DNA of 64,000 nucleotides from Salmo salar (Eukaryota): NCBI RefSeq assembly GCF_905237065.1, contig NC_059444.1, positions 51,942,644 to 52,006,643 of the forward strand, read 5' to 3'. Shown piece by piece: positions 61,655 to 64,000 of this stretch (position 1 is its first letter; each line of letters starts with the position of its first letter). The notes under the pieces were generated by a model. It saw only the letters and a program-made list of their open reading frames with translations, ran no database searches and was not told where the DNA came from. The position numbers and the translations under genes were made by a program.

Positions 61655-62610
61655 AACCGCCTCTTTGGGCTTGGGGGCAGTATTTTGACGTCTGGATGAA
61701 AAGTGTGCCCAAAGTAAACTGCCTGTTACTCAGGCCGAGAAGCTAGTATATGCATATAATTGGTAGATTTGGATAGAAAACTCTAAAGTTTCTAAAACTG
61801 TTAAAATAATGTCTGTGAGTATAACAGAACTGATATGGCAGGCGAAAACCCAAGGACAAACCATCCAACAACAAAAAAATGTTCAGCCTACCACTGTTTC
61901 CAATGACTGTCGTGTTTAATATGAGGTGAAAACCTCCCAGATTGCAGGTCCTAGGGCTTCCACTAGATGTCAACAGTCTTTAGAAAGAGTTTCAGGCTTG
62001 TTTTTGGAAAAATGAGCTAGAATTTGTAGTTTTTCTATAGTGTTTTCATGCATGTGGATGAGAGCGCGTTCTTTGTTCATCTCCGGTAAAGACAATAACG
62101 ATTCTCCGTCTTAAATTGTATTGTTTATTTACGTATTAGGGTACCTGAGGTTTGATTATAAACGTTGTTTGACTTGTTTGGGATTCATTTTGTATGCATT
62201 TTGAAGGAGGGAAACCGGTGGATTATTGAATGAAGCGCGCCAGCTAAACTGAGTTTTTGGGGCTATAAAGTCGGACTTCATCGAACAAAAGGACCATTTG
62301 TGATATAGCTGGGACCTTTGAGTGCCAACAGAAGACGATCGTCAAAGGTAAGGCATTTATTTTATCGCTATTTCTGACTTTCGTGGCGCACCTGCCTGGT
62401 TGAAAAATGTTTAATGCTTTTGTGTGCGGGGCGCTGTCCTCAGATATTTCGCATGGTGTGCTTTCCCCATAAAGCCTTTTTGAAATCTGACACAGCGGCT
62501 GGATTAACAAGAAGGTAAGCTTTATTTTGATGTATGACACTTGTATTTTCATGAATGTTAAGTATTACTATTTCTGTAATTTGAATTTCGCGCTCTGCAA
62601 TTTCACCGGA
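61655..62610 (+). mobile_element. X-family repeat copy (plus orientation)
   Basis: gggggcagtattttgacgtctggatgaaaagtgtgcccaaagtaaactgcctgttactcaggccgagaagctagtatatgcatataattggtagatttggatagaaaactctaaagtttctaaaactgttaaaataatgtctgtgagtataacagaactgatatggcagg... is collinear with 34633-35618 and 63235-64000. Confidence 0.75.
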
Positions 62611-62794
62611 TGTTGTTGAGGTGAGTCGCTAGCGGAACGCCTTCTCCAAAAGATACTTGGAGTCAGGTGTTTCAATTAAGGAGATGAGTTTGGAGTTGTG
62701 GGTTGCACAGGTGCCCTGCCCTTTAAATTAAGGCACACAAAGCCTGGTTACTGACAAATCTGTTCTTCTCCAGAAAGATTGGTTAGTGTGAACC

Positions 62795-62995
62795 ATGCCA
62801 CGATCTCAGCAACTTTCACAGGACCTTAGACGCATTATAGAGATGCACGAAGCTGGAAAAGGTTACAAAAGCATTGCTAAAGACCTTGGTATTCATCAAT
62901 CCACGGTAAGACAAATCGTCTACAAATGGAGAAGATTCAGAACTGTTGCTCCGACTTCAACTGTATATCTCATGGTGTACAAGACACCCGTCTGA
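62795..62995 (+). mobile_element. Tc1 transposase N-terminal fragment (HTH)
   Basis: MPRSQQLSQDLRRIIEMHEAGKGYKSIAKDLGIHQSTVRQIVYKWRRFRTVA, compare the Tc1 N-terminus [48 protein letters not shown]. It sits between two X copies. Confidence 0.7.
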
Positions 62996-63234
62996 TTCGC
63001 GCCTGTCTGAGTGGACTAATCCATTGTGGAGGCCTTCGAGTCCATCACTCTGACATGTACTACTGAAATTGTATATTACATAAGAACAATGGTGCAACAC
63101 TAATACAAATTGCACTTTCTCCCACGTTGGATAGTGGTCGCTGTCCGCGGTTCTAAAACACAGTGCGCTGTTGAATTGGCGCCTTTTTCTAGACCATGTT
63201 GCTATGTGCATAATAGCTAAGTTAACTCTTTATA

Positions 63235-64000
63235 GATAGGGGGCAGCATTGGGAAGTTTGGATAAAAAGCGTGCCCAGAATAAACTGCCTGTTACTCAGG
63301 CCCAGAAGCTAGAATATGCATATAATTAGTAGATTTGGATGGAAAACTCTAAAGTTTCCAAACCTGTTAAAATAATGTCTGAGTATAACAGAACTCATAT
63401 GGCAGGCGAAAACCTGAGAAAAATCCAACCCGGAAGTGGGAATTCTGAGGTTTGTAGTTTAAGTGAATGCCTATCGAATATCCAGTGTCTGTGGGGTCAG
63501 ATTGCACTTCCTAAGGCTTCCACTAGATGTCAACAGTCTTTAGAAGTTGTTTCAGGCTTCTATTGTGAAAGCGGAGCGAATAAGAGCACTCCAAGCAGAT
63601 GGCCCAGGTGAAAGCCTTTAGTTTAGTCACGCACGTGGCCGTGAGCGCTTGCTCTGTTCCCTTTCTAATGAAAACAGTAGTGTCCAGTTGAAACATTATT
63701 GAATATTTATGATAAAAACACCCTAAGGATTGATTAGAAACATCGTTTGACATGTTTCTATAAAGTCAAACGGAACTTTTTTGACTTTGTCTAGACTTTG
63801 TGCCCGCGCTTTGTGCATTTGGATTACTGGACTAAACGCGCAAACAAAAAGGAGGTATTTCGACATAAAGATGAACTTTATCGAACAAAATGAACATTTG
63901 TCTAACATGGAGACCTGGGAGTGCCACCAGATGAAGATCAAAGATTAGTGATTAATTTTAACGCTATTTCTGACTTTTGTGACACCTCTCCTTTGGAAAA
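63235..64000 (+). mobile_element. X-family repeat copy (plus orientation, runs off the window)
   Basis: atagggggcagcattgggaagtttggataaaaagcgtgcccagaataaactgcctgttactcaggcccagaagctagaatatgcatataattagtagatttggatggaaaactctaaagtttccaaacctgttaaaataatgtctgagtataacagaactcatatggcaggcgaaaacctgagaaaaatccaacccggaagtggg. Confidence 0.75.

Overview
This window is vertebrate nuclear DNA, not prokaryotic. The repeat content is typical of a salmonid fish (Salmo/Oncorhynchus-type): HpaI/SmaI-like tRNA-derived SINEs, many Tc1/mariner copies, L2-like LINE tails and the 'gccatttgggac...agtagtgcactat' repeat. I found no operon, CRISPR array or defence-type system; the interesting content here is gene synteny and transposable-element dynamics.

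Host genes, all on the minus strand:
- A PRRT2 orthologue (dispanin/CD225 family) at about 3.3-6.4 kb.
- A complete major vault protein gene (mvp) with 16 coding exons from 18,412 to 44,053. The exon lengths sum to 2601 nt (866 aa) and every splice phase is consistent.
- The terminal exon of a TLC-domain (Lag1/CLN8-type) membrane protein at 60,134-60,410.
- PRRT2 - MVP - TLC-domain (FAM57B/TLCD3B-like) is the gene content and order of the human 16p11.2 interval. I could not find PAGR1, CDIPT or the other intervening human genes.

The mvp introns and flanks are packed with mobile DNA:
- A young, TSD-flanked BEL/Pao LTR retrotransposon (47,200-54,117; 358-bp LTRs about 98% identical; 1563-aa Gag-Pol ORF with a late frameshift).
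- A near-perfect 3.86-kb tandem duplication (A-B-A-B-A') of a degenerate Ty3/gypsy gag-RT-RNaseH-integrase fragment plus an unclassified ~1 kb repeat ('X').
- Two 5'-truncated L2-like LINE copies, one carrying an X insertion in its 3' UTR.
- At least eight Tc1/mariner copies, including a Tc1 nested by TA-target insertion into the inverted repeat of an older Sleeping-Beauty-like element.
- At least five copies of the X repeat, at least four copies of another dispersed repeat with a telomere-like CCCTAACC core, several SINEs, microsatellites and minisatellites.

All coordinates were derived by hand from the printed sequence. Exon boundaries are exact to my reading of GT-AG sites and reading-frame continuity, but they were not computationally verified.
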